DNA of 64,000 nt from Azolla caroliniana (taxonomy: Eukaryota > Plantae > Polypodiophyta). The position numbers and the translations under genes were made by a program. The stretch lies in NCBI GenBank assembly GCA_043228905.1, contig JBHGNT010000002.1, positions 10,788,001 through 10,852,000 on the forward strand. Reading direction: 5' to 3'. This document shows, in pieces, positions 1-13,634 of the stretch (the stretch's first letter is position 1; every line of letters begins with the position of its first letter). Under the pieces are notes generated by a model, which was not told the origin of the DNA, ran no database searches, and saw only the letters and a program-made list of their open reading frames with translations.

Positions 1-2890
1 ACTGAATACCGTGACTTGATGTGAAGATCCCTCTAGAAAATGCCTCCATTGCATAAAAGAGTCCACTATTGCTAATAGCTCTTTATCGTGAATTTCATAG
101 TTGATTTCGGTGGTGTCAAACTTGCGTGAGTGGAAAGCCACAAGATGTCGCTTTTCATCATCGCCTTGTTGTGAAAGAATGCTACCCAAAGCGAAATTTG
201 AGGTGTTTGCCTCAATGATGAAAGGTTTTGCCAGATCAACATGAGCTAGAATAGGAACTAATGTGAATGCCTTCTTAAGACTCTCAAAAGCCATGTCCGC
301 TTCTGTAGACCAAACAAATGACTGCCCCTTCTTGGTAAGCTATGTGAGAAGCAGAATAAGCTTTGAGTAATCCTATATAAACTTGCAGTAAAAATTGGCA
401 AAACCTAAAAAGCATTGCACATCTCGCAATGAACGTGGAGTCTGCAACTCTATCACCGTTTTGAACTTAGCTAAATCCATAGAGATGCCTTCCGAGGAGA
501 TGACATAGCCCAAAAATTCCACCTGTTTGCACTAACAGTTTTGCATAAAGACCATGTTCTCAAAGTTGTTTTAGTACTAACAATACACGTGAATCATGCT
601 CTTCTTGGGTCTTTGAATAAACTAGTAGATCATCCAAATAGATGATCAAACAAACATCCAAGAGATCTCGGAATATATCATTTGTCATGTGTTGGATGAC
701 TATTGGTGCATTAGTGAGACCGAATGGCATGACCGTATACTCGAAGTGCCCATATCTGGTGCGAAACGTGGTCTTCCATTCATCTCCTGGTTGGATCCGT
801 ACGAGGTTATATGCTCCTCGTAAGTCAATCTGTGTGAAGAACCTTGCACCATTGATCCGTTCTAAAAGACTTGAGATAAGGGGGAGTGCATACTTATTCC
901 TGATGGTGACCTTATTCAAGCCACAGTAATCTACGACAAGACGAAGTGATCCATCCTTTTCCTTGACCAAGAAAATGGGTACACCGGTTGGAGATTTCGA
1001 AGGTTGAATAAACCATTTGCCAAATTCTCCTCTATATAGGCTCGAAGGACTTCTAGCTTAGTTGGTGACAAGTTGTAGATCGGGCCCCATGGTGGTTCTT
1101 TTCCTGGTTCTAAATTAATGGGGCAATCATACGATCGGTGGTGAGGAAGTGTATTGGCTTGTACCTTATCGAACACATCGACATAATGACAGATACTTCT
1201 CTGGAAGTTGAACTGTGGATTCCTCTTTAGTGGTGTCAGAAGGTTTTACTGATACTGCGAAGACAAACATTGCTTCCTTGCATCCTTCCTCACGCAATAG
1301 ACGTAGTGAAATGGTTGCAATCCTATGAGTAGATCCCCGGATTTCTCTTGTTCGCCAATCTATGTCTGGGTTATGTAATTTGAACCATGATTACCCCAAG
1401 ACAATTGGATGCTCTAGACTACTAATTATATTAAATGATACTACACACACCAAGTTATCTAGGACAACCTGAATCGGCTTTGACTCTTCTACAATTTTTC
1501 CGGAAGCAATGGGATGAGCATCAATAATTACTATAGATGCTGGGCAAGAAAGTTTTCTTAGGGATATCTGATGAGCTTGGGTAAAATTCCTATCCATAAA
1601 GCAAGAGTTCGCTCTGGAATCTAAGAGTGTTAAGACATGTACTAGAGGAATACTTTTAGTAATAACCATTACTTGAGCTAAGAACACATTGCTAACTTAC
1701 TTAGAGGAAATGAAACCACTAATGGGTTGCACAAATCTAGGGCTATCCAACCAAACGACTCCTATTTTTGGCCGGACTTAATCGTCTAACTCTTCTTCTA
1801 GTTGACTAAGGATTTCAAATTTGTTTGAAAGGCTTGGGCTATTAGTACTATTAGGACTATCAAATATTCCTACTGAAATAGACTCGGGTTTAGTACAATT
1901 AGAACTAGCGACTATTTGGTTTACCTGTCTTCTTGGCCTATGGGTACAGTTCACCGCAATATGCCCTGGTCCATTGCAATAGAGACATAGTCAATTTGCT
2001 CGGCGTTGCTGCTTTTCCTCTTCCGATAATGGTTCGCGACAACGTGTGGTGTCGATTTCCATCGGAGTTGGAGTATTTGCTGGAGGCACATTATATGACT
2101 CCCTTGGAAAAGGGTTTGCTACAACTGAGGCGTAGGTGGGCTCTGATCTTGTTGTTGGCATCTGGAACTAACGTTCTCAACGTCATTCGAAAAGGCGGTT
2201 ATCTCATCGCACCGCGCGACTGATTGCTTCTGTCAATGACATTGGCTCTTCGGGGAAAGTTAACAGTAAATCCATGACATCATTACGTAGGCCAAAACGA
2301 AATTGCTCCATTAATGCCTCGTCATCCCAAGGAATATTGGAGGCGAGAAGACGGAAATCCGTAGCATAAACTGAGGCCGGCCACTCACCTTGGCGCAATC
2401 TTCGGATTTGTTGATTGCCATCCTAACACTGTCAGTATCTCCAAAATAGGCTTTAAACTCGCTAATAAACTCTTCGAAATTATTTAACAAGGGAGAGTTT
2501 TTTTCTAACAAGGGGGCGAGCCATGCCAAAGTCGTGCCACTAAGTAGCAAGCCTACTAGTCCCACTCGTGCTGCATCGGTGGGATATCGAGAAGGATGCA
2601 TTTGAATCACTAAGCGTACCTGATTAAGAAAACCTCTGAATTGGGATTGGGTCCCATCAATTTTCATAGGAAGTCAGATCTTGGGTTCTTTGTGAGTTGC
2701 TTGAGTGCTTGATCCTTGTTGTTGTAGTGATACAATAGTCGCGTCAAGTTGTTGTACACGTAACGTCAGCTCCCCATGTTATTGTTTTTTTTCTAAAGCT
2801 ACTTGTTGAAGATCCCCCAACAAACGATGATTTTCTTGTTCTAGTGCTACAAACTTCTCTTTTAAGCACTGAAGCTCTGAGAAAACACAT
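1..2890 (-). mobile_element. Degenerate Ty3/gypsy element (chromovirus/Tf2-like): gag, protease, RT and RNase H fragments; runs off the window start
   Basis: ORF pieces in gypsy order on the minus strand: gag 2204-2667, protease LLDSRANSCFM 1391-1687, [22 protein letters not shown] 560-970, RNase H remnants below 500. Many stops and frameshifts. Confidence 0.9.
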
Positions 2891-3009
2891 TGTTATTCCT
2901 GAGCGCTAACAGTTGCCATTTTACTAGGGAGGATAAGAGGATTAATATGAAAGGAAGGAGGGGTAGACTCTTGGTCCTTTCGGCTAGCTTCCTCATTCAA
3001 CAAGCCATT

Positions 3010-4398
3010 GGGAACGTTGTGATTATGTTTTTGCTATATTTAGATGATGTAGTGTTTTTTGCAAATACTTTAGGAGATGCACAAAAGCTTATGAAGGCAT
3101 TGGAAAAAAATTGCATGCATACTAAATTAACTGTCAAAAGCTCTAAAATAAAGATTATGCTTGTGAAGAGCCAAAAAAGAGATCAACAATGCATTATGTA
3201 CAGCAATGAGCCACTTGAATGTGTGGAAAGCTTCAAATATCTTGGCCTTGAAGTTCCTTCAAATCATAGGTGGAATGAATTTGCTACACGCTGCTTAGAG
3301 TCGGGTAAGCGAGCATACTATGCATTTGAGAACACATGCAATCTTGGAGATATCTTTCCAAGAAATATCTTCTCAACACTTTGGTGACACCGGTTCTTCT
3401 CTATAGGGTGGAAGTATGGGGCAGTAGCATCCCTAAATCTATGTGGAAAGAGTTTGAAAATGTCCAAAAACATTTTATTACAAAGTTTCTACAAGTTAAG
3501 AAACAAACGCCCTACACCCTCTTCCCCCTTGAGACGAGATCGTTTACCATTGAGATCATGGCCATGGAAAGGGTTGTTGAATACATGCTTAAGGTTCAAA
3601 AAAGTCCCTCACATCGACTTCCTAGAATTGCATGGGAAGCAAGCAAAAAGATCCAAAAGACTCATAAAAGCAAAATTTTGTGTTCCGGTTGGATGCAAGA
3701 TATAGAAAAATTGTTTGGTAGATGGGATGCGAGACACTTGCTTCATGATGCATCACTAGATTCCTCTATAAATGAGGCCTTTTTGCAATGCCAATGTATC
3801 ATGACATGGGACAAATGTAGAGGCTCACGCTTCACACATTATACTACACATGTTGCACCTAACTACAAAACCATATTCTTTGCGGAACGGGGAAACCGCA
3901 CACATTGATACATGTTAGAGCCCGTTATCTGCCATTCGAACCATTGCTTCTACGCGACTTAGCTCACATGCATTGCGATGTGAGACAGGGTGTTGGGGCA
4001 CAAGTGATGAGAGTGGTCGGCTATGCACACTTTGCCCTAAACAAGTTCGCAAGTTTGAGTATCACACTTTGATACAATAATCTACCTTTGATCATATTCG
4101 ACCATGCTTTCCACATCTCTTCGACCGAACCCAATCCTTGCATGAATTCCTCTCACAGCCACAATGTGCACTCTTGATTACAACATTCATTGGTAAAGTT
4201 CTTGAACATCAAGAGTCACTACTCACTTTCACACGTATCACGTGAAATGTAATATTTTTGGTCTCATAGGTCATATTTGACCTCCGAAGACAATAATATA
4301 ATTTTTCTATCTATCTATCATATTTTTGGTCTCATAGGTCATATTTGAGCTCCAAAGACAATAATATAATCTATCTATCTATCTATCTATCTATCTCT
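3010..4398 (+). mobile_element. 5'-truncated non-LTR retrotransposon (RTE-like) with (CTAT)n tail
   Basis: LLYLDD, ESFKYLG, LVTPVLLYRVEVW and RLPRIAW motifs in ORFs 2890-3387 and 3336-3908; ends in CTAT microsatellites rather than poly(A). Clade assignment is inference. Confidence 0.75.
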
Positions 4399-4419
4399 AT
4401 ACAGTGGTAACTACTCAAT

Positions 4420-4609
4420 AACTAACTTACAACTCTACAGAATAAGTTTTGCCCTAGTTATTTATACTCATACAACTTTCGGGCTATTTACAAGTATGGC
4501 CTCACCAAGCGCATTGGAACATATTTACTAATATGTCCCTACTTCTGGTTCACACCAGATCCGATCCGGATCCATCCAATACCATCCAGAGGGACCGGTT
4601 TTCCCAACA
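4420..4609 (-). repeat. Partial copia LTR related to the element B LTR family
   Basis: Shares tttgccctag/tatttata/ggctatttacaa/gagggacc...cccaaca with LTR 4827-5461; ends CCCAACA at 4609. Confidence 0.65.
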
Positions 4610-4826
4610 TCCGAAGCATGCTTGCACATGCAAAGTTGTCCAAGATGTTTTGGATTGAGGCACTAATGACGGTGGTCTACATGATAAACAAGTAACCCTC
4701 ACCACCCTTGGACGGAGATATCACGTCTCGTACCGGCATCTGAGGGTATTCGGTTGTCTTGCCTATTTGCATATTGCAAAGGACAAAAGGGGAGAATTGG
4801 ACCCAAAGACTCGGCCATGCATATTT

Positions 4827-5461
4827 TGTAACGTTTTGACGCTATCAAAACGTTTCGCCTCTCGGCCACAACCGAGACAACACGGATCAATGCAGCAGAA
4901 AATAAAACCAGAGAGACGAATACACAGGGTATAACGTGGAAAACCCTAAACGGGAAAAACCACGAGAGTGCACAACTCCAACTATCACTATACACTGGAA
5001 TATACAATGGCGAGCTGCAAGGCGACGACCTTGAGCTCGCTGTCTTCGCCACAGGCGGCGGTATTACACAGAGGCGTCGACCTCTTCGTTTCTCTCTCTC
5101 TCTCTCTCTCGGCTGCTCTCACTTCGCTTCCTCTCAGTGAAAACAGAAAATGAGCAACAACAAAAAACTGTTTGCCCTAAGTCATATTTATACACATATG
5201 ACTTTCCGGCTATTTACAAATATAGCCACAAGGGCCCTTGGCAAACATATTCACAAATATGTCCCCGCATCCGGATCTCTCTCCGGGTACATACATCATC
5301 CGGCTCCGTAGCCGGGTCTTCATCATCCGACTCCGTAGCCGGGTCTTCAACATCATCCGGCTCCGTAGCCGGGTACTCTTCATCCGGGTTCCGTAACCGC
5401 AACCGGGCTTGCCGTCATTCATCTCCGGACATCCCATCCGGAGGGACCGTAAATCCCAACA
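4827..5461 (-). repeat. 3' LTR of element B
   Basis: Direct repeat of 9577-10211; PPT (GAAGGGGGAG on the minus strand) immediately adjacent at 5464-5473. Confidence 0.97.
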
Positions 5462-5471
5462 AACTCCCCCT

Positions 5472-8400
5472 TCACTTCGGCATGGGATGTCTCTCCAATC
5501 CGATCCTCTTCCGGCATGCTTCCAGCTTGTCGGGTGTAAGGACCTTAGTCAGCATATCCGACCCGTTCTCGTCCGTGTGGATCTTCGTCAGCACGAACTC
5601 CTTGTCTTCTATCCTTTCCCGGATCCAGTGATATCTTCGCTGGATGTGCTTCGTCCGGGAGTGATAGGCCGCGTTCTTCGCAAGGTGGATGGCACTCTGA
5701 CTGTCGCAGTAGAGTTGGTACTCCTCCTGTCGGATACCGAGCTCTCTAATGAAGTCCTTCATCCATATTATTTCCTTGCCGGCTTCAACAGCCGCCATGT
5801 ACTCCGCCTCCGTGGTTGACAACGCAACCGTCTTCTGCAGTCTCGACTGCCACGAAACAGCTCCCCCTGCATAAGTCATCACATACCCTGATGTGGACCG
5901 GCTGGTATCTGCATCAGCCGACATATCCGAATCGGTGAAGCCGTCGAGTTCGGGCTTACCGGAGCCGAATCGGAGGCACACGTTTGCCGTGCCCTTCAGG
6001 TATCGGAGTATCCACTTGACCGCGTTCCAGTGCTCTTTGCCGGGATTGCTCATGTACCGGCTTACTACGCCAACTGCATATCCGATGTCCGGTCTCGTAC
6101 ACACCATGGCGTACATCAAGCTCCCGACGGCTGAGGCCTACGGTACTTTCATCATATCCTCCTTTTCAGCCTTTGTCTTGGGACTTTGCTTGCTGGTCAG
6201 CTTGCAGTTTGCCGGGAGGGTCGATCCGACCGGTCTTGCTTCCGACATGTTGAACCGATGAAGCACCTTCGTCACGTACTTCTCCTGTGACAGCCACAAC
6301 TGCTTCTTCTTCCGGTCCCGGATGATGTGCATCCCTAGTATTTGCCTCGCCGGACCCAGGTCCTTCATTGAGAAGGTTCGGTGAAGAGCCTTCTTCAGCA
6401 TCCGTATCTTGACCTGGTCCCGTCCGACGATCAACATGTCGTCTACGTACAGGAGGAGTATTAGAAAGTCTCCTCCTTCGAACTTCTTCACAAACACACA
6501 GTGATCGGACTGCGTTTTGTGGTACCCTTCGTCTGTCATGAAGGAGTCGAACTTCCGGTACCATTGCCGGGGAGCCTGCTTCAGACCGTAGAGGCTCTTC
6601 TTCAACCGGCATACCAGGTGCTCCTTTCCTTTCTTCTCGAATCCTTCAGGTTGCTGCATGTAGATCTCTTCATCGAGGTCACCGTGAAGGAATGCCGTCT
6701 TCACGTCCATCTGTTCTACCTCGAGGTCCATGCTTGCCGTTATGCTCAGCACCGTCCGGATGGAGGTCATCTTCACTACCGGGGCAAATATCTCGTCGAA
6801 GTCGACGCCCTTCTTCTGCTGAAACCCCTTCACCACGATCCTGGCTTTGTATCTCGGGGGGTTTCCGGCATCTCCCGGTTTCAGCTTGAACACCCACTTG
6901 TTACGGAGTGCCCGTTTTCCTTTCGGCAACTCCACAAGTTCATATGTGTGGTTCTCATGCAGGGAATCCATCTCGTCCTGCATGGCACTCAACCACCTGC
7001 GGCTCTGGGTGTCATGTTTTGCTTCTTCAAAGCTCTCCGGCTCCCCCTCGTCGGTTAGCAGCACGTGCTCTGGTTCCGGAAATCTCCGGGGGGCCCTTCT
7101 CTCTCTTAGAGGATATCTCCGTTCCGGAGCTTCGGTAACCGGTTCTTCCGATTCTTCTTCATCCGAATCCATTTCGGGATCGGGGCCGGTTCCGGTATCA
7201 TTTTCATCTTCTTCGGCCGGTTCTGTTTCTTCACCGTCTTCGGCCGGATCCTCGAGTGCTAACCGGTCTCTTGCCGGTCGGGACTGCTCCTTGTAGGGTT
7301 GATCCTCACCGGTCGACTTGGAGCTCTTCATCTTCTTCTCCAACTCCCAGTCGGCGAGTGTCTTGTCCTCCATGAAGATGATATCTCGACTCCTGAATAT
7401 CTTCTTGTCGACCGGGTCCCATACTCGGTAGCCGAACTCGTCGTTGCCGTAACCGAGGAATATGCATGGCCGGGTCTTTGGATCTAGCTTTCCTCTCCGG
7501 TCCTTTGCCACATGCACGTATGCGAGACACCCGAACACCTTCAGGTGCCGGTAGGACACTTCCTTACCGGTCCACACTCTCTGCAGCGTGTCTCCATCCA
7601 AAGGTACTGAGGGTGATCTGTTTATCACGTATGTCGCCGTCGACATTGCCTCAGCCCAAAACCCCTTGGGTAATTTCGCATGCGCCAGCATACTCCGGAT
7701 CCTCTCCATTATGGTCCGGTTCATCCTCTCGGCCAGCCCGTTCAGTTCCGGCGTCTTCGGCACAGTAAACTCGAGCCGGATTCCCTTCGAGCGACAGTAC
7801 TCCTCGAACTGCCCCCGGTATTCCCCTCCGTTATCCGCTCGTATCGCTTTCAGCTTCTTGCCGGATTCCCTTTCCACTCTCGCGTGGAGTTCCTTGAAGA
7901 CGCACAACACTTGGTCCTTTGTCTTCAATGGTGCCGTCCACAGCTTCCGGCTGTGATCATCTATGAATGTTACGAAGTACTGGGCTCCACCATGTGACTT
8001 CGTTTCTACCTGACACACATCAGTGTGCACCAACTCCAATGGTGCGCTACGTCTCGTCGGTGGCCTTGAGTGGAAGGAGGTCCGGTTTTGCTTACCGGCC
8101 AGACAGTCGGTGCACTTCTCCAGGTGCACATGCTTCACTGGAATAAGGTTGTCTTCTGCAAGCCTCTTCATCCCCTTCTCACTCATGTGGCACAGTCTCT
8201 TGTGCCACAGCTCACCGGCGGTGTCGGCTGCCACATTCAGCTCTTCCGGACATAGCCGGGAATTCATCAGGTACAGAGTGTTGACCTTCCGGGCCCGAGC
8301 CACTATCAGGCTCCCTTTGCTGAACTTCATGACACCGTTCCGGATGCTACCCGTGTAGCCTTCATCGTCTAGCCTCCCGGCCGAAATCAGGTTCAATCGA

Positions 8401-9554
8401 ACCTCCGGAACGTGTCGGACATCCTTCAGCAGCATCTTGCATCCGGTTGATGTCATCAGCCACACGTCTCCTATGCCGGCAATCCGGCATGTACCTTCAT
8501 TTCCCATCCGGACACAGCCGTGCTCCCCGGCTGTGTAGGATGAGAAGTATTTCTTCTCCGGGGTCAGGTGGAACGACGCTCCGGAATCGACCACCCAGGT
8601 CATCTCTTCACCGGCAAGGTTCAGCTCCCTCTCTTCGGTAATGAGCATTATCTCTTCTTCACTTGCCGCGAGTGCCGTCGTTCCTTTCCGGTCCTGCCCT
8701 CGCCGATCCGGACCTCTCCGGTCCGTGGCTCCCCGGTATGCACCGTTTCTCTCCGGTGACTTCTTCGAATCGGTGTCGTCGGCTCCGTTGTCCTTACGGT
8801 AATGCCGACAATTCTTTCGGAAGTGCCCCGGCTTCCCACAGTGGAAGCATGTGGGTCTTCCTCTTGACTGCGACCGGGTCCCCGACTTCTCCCGTCTTTG
8901 CGGACTCCGGTTCCATTGTCTTCCCCGTTCCGATTCGGTAAGCAGCGCCTTCGGGTCGGAGGCCGGTTCTTTGTCTCTCCCACGCGCTTCTTCGTTCAAA
9001 ATACTTGTCTTTACCGTTTGTAGAGACAAGTTATCTTCGGTGCAGGAGGTGCTGAGGGTCACCACCAAGTTCTCCCAGCTTTCCGGCAATGTACACATCA
9101 AGATGATGGCTTGCATTGCATCCTCCAACGGGAACTTGATCGCCGCAAGCTGGTTCACGAATCCCATGAACGTGCTTACGTGTTCCACCATGCTCTCGCC
9201 GTCCCGGTACTTGAGGTTCACTATCTTCCTCATCAGGGAGGTCCGGTTCAACGCATTCTTCCTCTCGTAGAGGCCCGACAGCTTCCGCCACATCTCGTAT
9301 GCGTTGGTGTCGTTCGCCACATGTTGTAGAACGCTCACGTCGACGTATTGCCGAATGGTTGCAACGGCTTTCCGGTTCAGAAGCCTCCATTCCGTCTCAA
9401 GTACCCCCTTCGGTATTTCCGACCTGTCAATCGGTTCGTACAGGTCCCGAACAATCAGAAGATCCTCCATCTTGATCTTCCAGTCGGCGTAGTTCTGCGC
9501 ATTCAGCACCATCATCCCCGGCTGCCCGCTGCTGCCGCCTTCCATTTTCTGCAC
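5472..9554 (-). pseudogene. Copia gag-pol polyprotein of element B (gag, CCHC knuckle, protease, integrase, RT, RNase H) with one in-frame TAG at 6138-6140
   Basis: 1138-aa ORF (CFHCGKPGHFRKNC, WVVDSGAS, LLLYVDDM) continues in the same frame after KVP*ASAVGS to the RNase H end at 5472. Confidence 0.95.
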
Positions 9555-9561
9555 TGCCGTC

Positions 9562-9573
9562 GCTCTGATACCA
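9562..9573 (-). promoter_or_regulatory. PBS of element B (initiator tRNA-Met)
   Basis: TGGTATCAGAGC on the minus strand, 3 nt from the 5' LTR. Confidence 0.95.
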
Positions 9574-9576
9574 GTT

Positions 9577-10211
9577 TGTAACGTTTTGACGCTATCAAAA
9601 CGTTTCGCCTCTCGGCCACAACCGAGACAACACGGATCAATGCAGCAGAAAATAAAACCAGAGAGACGAATACACAGGGTATAACGTGGAAAACCCTAAA
9701 CGGGAAAAACCACGGGAGTGCACAACTCCAACTATCACTATACACTGGAATATACAATGGCGAGCTGCAAGGCGACGACCTTGAGCTCGCTGTCTTCGCC
9801 ACAGGCGGCGGTATTACACAGAGGCGTCGACCTCTTCGTTTCTCTCTCTCTCTCTCTCTCGGCTGCTCTCACTTCGCTTCCTCTCAGTGAAAACAGAAAA
9901 TGAGCAACAACAAAAAACTGTTTGCCCTAAGTCATATTTATACACATATGACTTTCCGGCTATTTACAAATATAGCCACAAGGGCCCTTGGCAAACATAT
10001 TCACAAATATGTCCCCGCATCCGGATCTCTCTCCGGGTACATACATCATCCGGCTCCGTAGCCGGGTCTTCATCATCCGACTCCGTAGCCGGGTCTTCAA
10101 CATCATCCGGCTCCGTAGCCGGGTACTCTTCATCCGGGTTCCGTAACCGCAACCGGGCTTGCCGTCATTCATCTCCGGACATCCCATCCGGAGGGACCGT
10201 AAATCCCAACA
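9577..10211 (-). repeat. 5' LTR of element B
   Basis: Direct repeat of 4827-5461. Confidence 0.97.
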
Positions 10212-12204
10212 TATTTCTGGGATACGGCGACGACGAGTTCGGTTACTAGCTATGAGACTTAGCCGAGAAGAAGGTGATCCAGAGCCGAGATATCATCTTC
10301 ATGGAAGAAAAGACAATTGCCGATTGGAAGATGGAGAAGACAGGGTCGATCTCCCAGTCAACCGAAAATAGGCCCCAACCTACCAATTTGAACCGAGTGA
10401 TGTTCAACCGAATCGAACAGAAGTTGATTCAACCGAAGTCGGATACGAATTAGACGTCTGAGTAGATAATCGGCAAAGTCAGGAGCCGACTAACGAACAA
10501 GGGGAACCGGTCAAAAGAAGACAGTCGGCCAAACAAGAATCTGATTCTTACTCGGACGAAGAGCCAACGGAAGAAGTCGAACACGAATCGACTGCGTCAA
10601 ATGGAGGTAGAAGATACCCTCTGAGAGAGAGAATTGTCCCCCAGATATTTCCGGACAAAGAGTATGTACTACTAACCAACGAGGGGGACCCAGAAAACTT
10701 CGAGGAAGCCAAGGTGGGCACCCATGGTAGAGAGTGGCTAAGCGCCATGTAGGACGAGATGGATTCCCTACATGAGAACCACACATATGAGTTGACGGAG
10801 TTGCTGAAAGCCAAGAGGGCACTCCGGAACAAGTGGGTGTATACATTGAAACCAAGAGCTGGAGGAAATCCACCAAGGTACAAAGCCCGAATTGTCGTAA
10901 AAGGCTTCCAATAGAAGAAGGATGTGGATTTCGCCGAAATATTTGCCTCGGTAGTGAAGATGACATCCGTCCGGACAATGCTGAGCATATCGGCAAACAT
11001 GGACCTTGAAGTCGAGCAGTTGGATGTCAAGATGGCTTTTCTGCATGGCCATCTTGAACAAGAGATATAAATGCAGCAACCGGAAGGATTCGTTAAGAAG
11101 GGAAAGGAGAACCTGGTGTGTCGGTTGAGGAAGATCCTTTACGGATTGAAGCTTGATCCCTGGCATTGGTACCGGAAGTTAGAATCCTTCATGGCCGACC
11201 TAGGGTACAACAAGACGTAGGTTGACCACTGTGTGTTTGTGAAGAAGTTCGATGGAGGAGATTTCCTCGTCCTCCTACTATACATGGACGACATGTTGAT
11301 TGTCTGACAAGACCATATCAAGATCAGAATGCTGAAGAAGGCCTTGAGTAGGCCATTTTCAATAAAGGATATGGGTTCGGCAAGACAAATCTTGGGAATG
11401 CACATTGTCCAGGACCAAACAAAGAAATTATTATGGTTATCACAAGAGAAGTATGTTGTTGTTCGGCCGACGACCGACTCTGTCGCCAACACACAACGGA
11501 GTTCGAACTGTTACCGGCCGGCAAAGGAGTCCAGAGTGTGAAACGAAGGAGTTATTTAATTATTAGGAATGGTTGTAAGTAACCTATTAGTGTGGACGGA
11601 CGGACCAGAATCGGTATGCCGTTCCGGATCCGGACCGATCCCAAACATGTGCAGATGGCACCGTTTTGTACTACAAACCGGAAACCTATTTAAAGGCCCG
11701 GATACAATGTAATGAGCAGCGGATAATTAATGAAGCTTAGTGTTTTTATCTCTGTGTGTTAATTGCCGTTCTGCATTCATTGTTATATCTTACGCGTGTC
11801 ATAATTAATGACGATCTTGCTAAGTAACCTAATTAAGTCGGATTAATCGTTGAGCCTAATCCTCTTGCCGTAACACCCCTTTGGTGAAGTGTCTTCCGTA
11901 GACACCCTGTGTTAGGCCATTGTCCGGCCCTAAGAGTTAACACAGTTTTTGGCGACCACGACGGGATGAATGGATGACTAGATCAACGCACGACCTGGTT
12001 ACAGATCGAACTCGATGCCTTGCCGAAAGGCAAAGGAGACGTGAGGTTTTCCAGCAAGCGGCGCAGGAAATTACAGCGGATCGCTCGTTTTCCAACGTAA
12101 TCCGGAGAGTAGCAGAGGAGTCCCTCTGGTTATAGCAAACATCACACCCGGACGACGACAGCAGCCTAATAAGCCTCTAGGAAACCGAATCCCTTCTCCA
12201 GGCG

Positions 12205-13634
12205 TTGGCAAGCGGAGAAGGCGAAGCAGAAGCCTTTTCAGCGTATGAATCGGATTCCGAAGGGGGATATAGCGTGCACACGAACTACCGTAGCAGCAAC
12301 GACACCCCGGGCGGACCGGAGGACGAAGGATCAGACACCTTACCGACATCGGAACCGGAAGTGCTAAGGCTGGAACCTCCTGAACTAGAAGCAGAGGAAG
12401 AGCAACCTCCAACACCGGAAGTCGAGGAGGAGAGGCCTCCGTCACCAAAAGAAGAGGAAAGACCACCAATCATCGGTGACTCCGGTAAGTGTACAGAATA
12501 AAGAAACTGACCAACTTGTACATACTAATAAGACCCCGGCAACGGAAACTGTTCCAGAGAGAGATGCGGCGCAAGCCCAGGAGCTTGTGGAATTGAGAGA
12601 TGAACTTGCCGCACAAGAAGCGCTAAGGAGCCGTGAACAGGAATTGAAGACAGCGGCCGAAGCAGAATTAAAGAAGACTGCTGAGAACCTCCGTTGGGCA
12701 GAGGAGAGCCTCCGGAAAGGCCATCAAGCGTACGACCGGCTAAGGGAGGAAAAAGACAAAGTGCTGCAAGAAAAGGACAAGCTGCGGAAGACGGCGGAAA
12801 CGGAAATTGAACGGCTAAAGGAGGAGCTCCGCCAGTAGAAGGAACTCGAGGACCGGGCCCGTCGATAGATCAACGTATGGCTCAAGCAAAAGACAGATGA
12901 TTTTGAGCACCTGCACCGAGACTACAAACGGCTGGAAACGGAGCATAAGGAACAGATGGCCGAGCTCCAACAGGATGTTGATCGGGCCGCGACGGCGCTC
13001 GCCGACGAACGACGGGCCCGTCGATAGATCAACGTATGGCTCAAGCAAAAGACAGATGATTTTGAGCACCTGCACCGAGACTACAAACGGCTGGAAACGG
13101 AGCATAAGGAACAGATGGCCGAGCTCCAACAGGATGTTGATCGGGCCGCGACGGCGCTCGCCGACGAACGAGCAGAAAATACAAGACGGTTGGACGAGGC
13201 GGAGAAGGTCTGGATGGAGCTCCAGATTGCAGCAGCAGGAAGAAAGGGAGAGAGCGTCAACGGTATTGCAAAAATTACAAAGCACATATCAAGGTCAATT
13301 GACGCATTACAAGGAGCAGGCGGAAGACAACGTCATAATCATCAAGCAATTGAAGGAGGAACGGCAAGCTGTGGAGATCAAAGCGCAGATGGGAACGGGC
13401 CGGATTCAGTGCATCCTCCGGGCATGGCTAAATCAAACAAAATGCTTGATTGATGAAAGCTCCGTAAGATGGTGGACAAAGTGGGCACAAAATACGGTGG
13501 AACTCCAATTGCTACGGGCAGACGTGGAAAACCGGCGGAAGGAAGGAGATGATTGTTACACATTGACTTCCGAGGATTTCACCGCCATACGGGACGAGCT
13601 GGCTGAAGACTTCCAAGTCCTGGCGGATGAATAG
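12205..13634 (+). pseudogene. Disrupted ORF of element D: acidic/Pro-rich region, coiled coil, then a W-rich ELQLLRAD domain
   Basis: ORF pieces 12205-12501, 12476-12838 and 12897-13634; E/K/R/Q/L-rich heptad-like sequence; C-terminal similarity to the element C ORF. Confidence 0.7.
12855..13170 (+). repeat. Two-copy tandem duplication, 159-bp unit
   Basis: GGGCCCGTCGATAGATC starts at 12855 and again at 13014; a 53-aa repeat is visible in the ORF track. Confidence 0.93.

Larger units (their letters stand above)
4827..10211 (-). mobile_element. Full-length, very young Ty1/copia element B
   Basis: 635-bp LTRs 4827-5461 and 9577-10211 (TG..CA; one mismatch seen, 4965/9715); TSD TATTT at 4822-4826 and 10212-10216; PBS and PPT present. 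Confidence 0.98.

Noticed and set aside
4699-5631. Short ORFs within LTRs and antisense to gag-pol throughout the ORF track
   Set aside because: Shadow ORFs in GC-rich or repetitive TE DNA with no recognisable motifs.
6138-6146. Programmed stop-codon readthrough in B
   Set aside because: No CARYYA context, and relatives in the window encode Tyr here.
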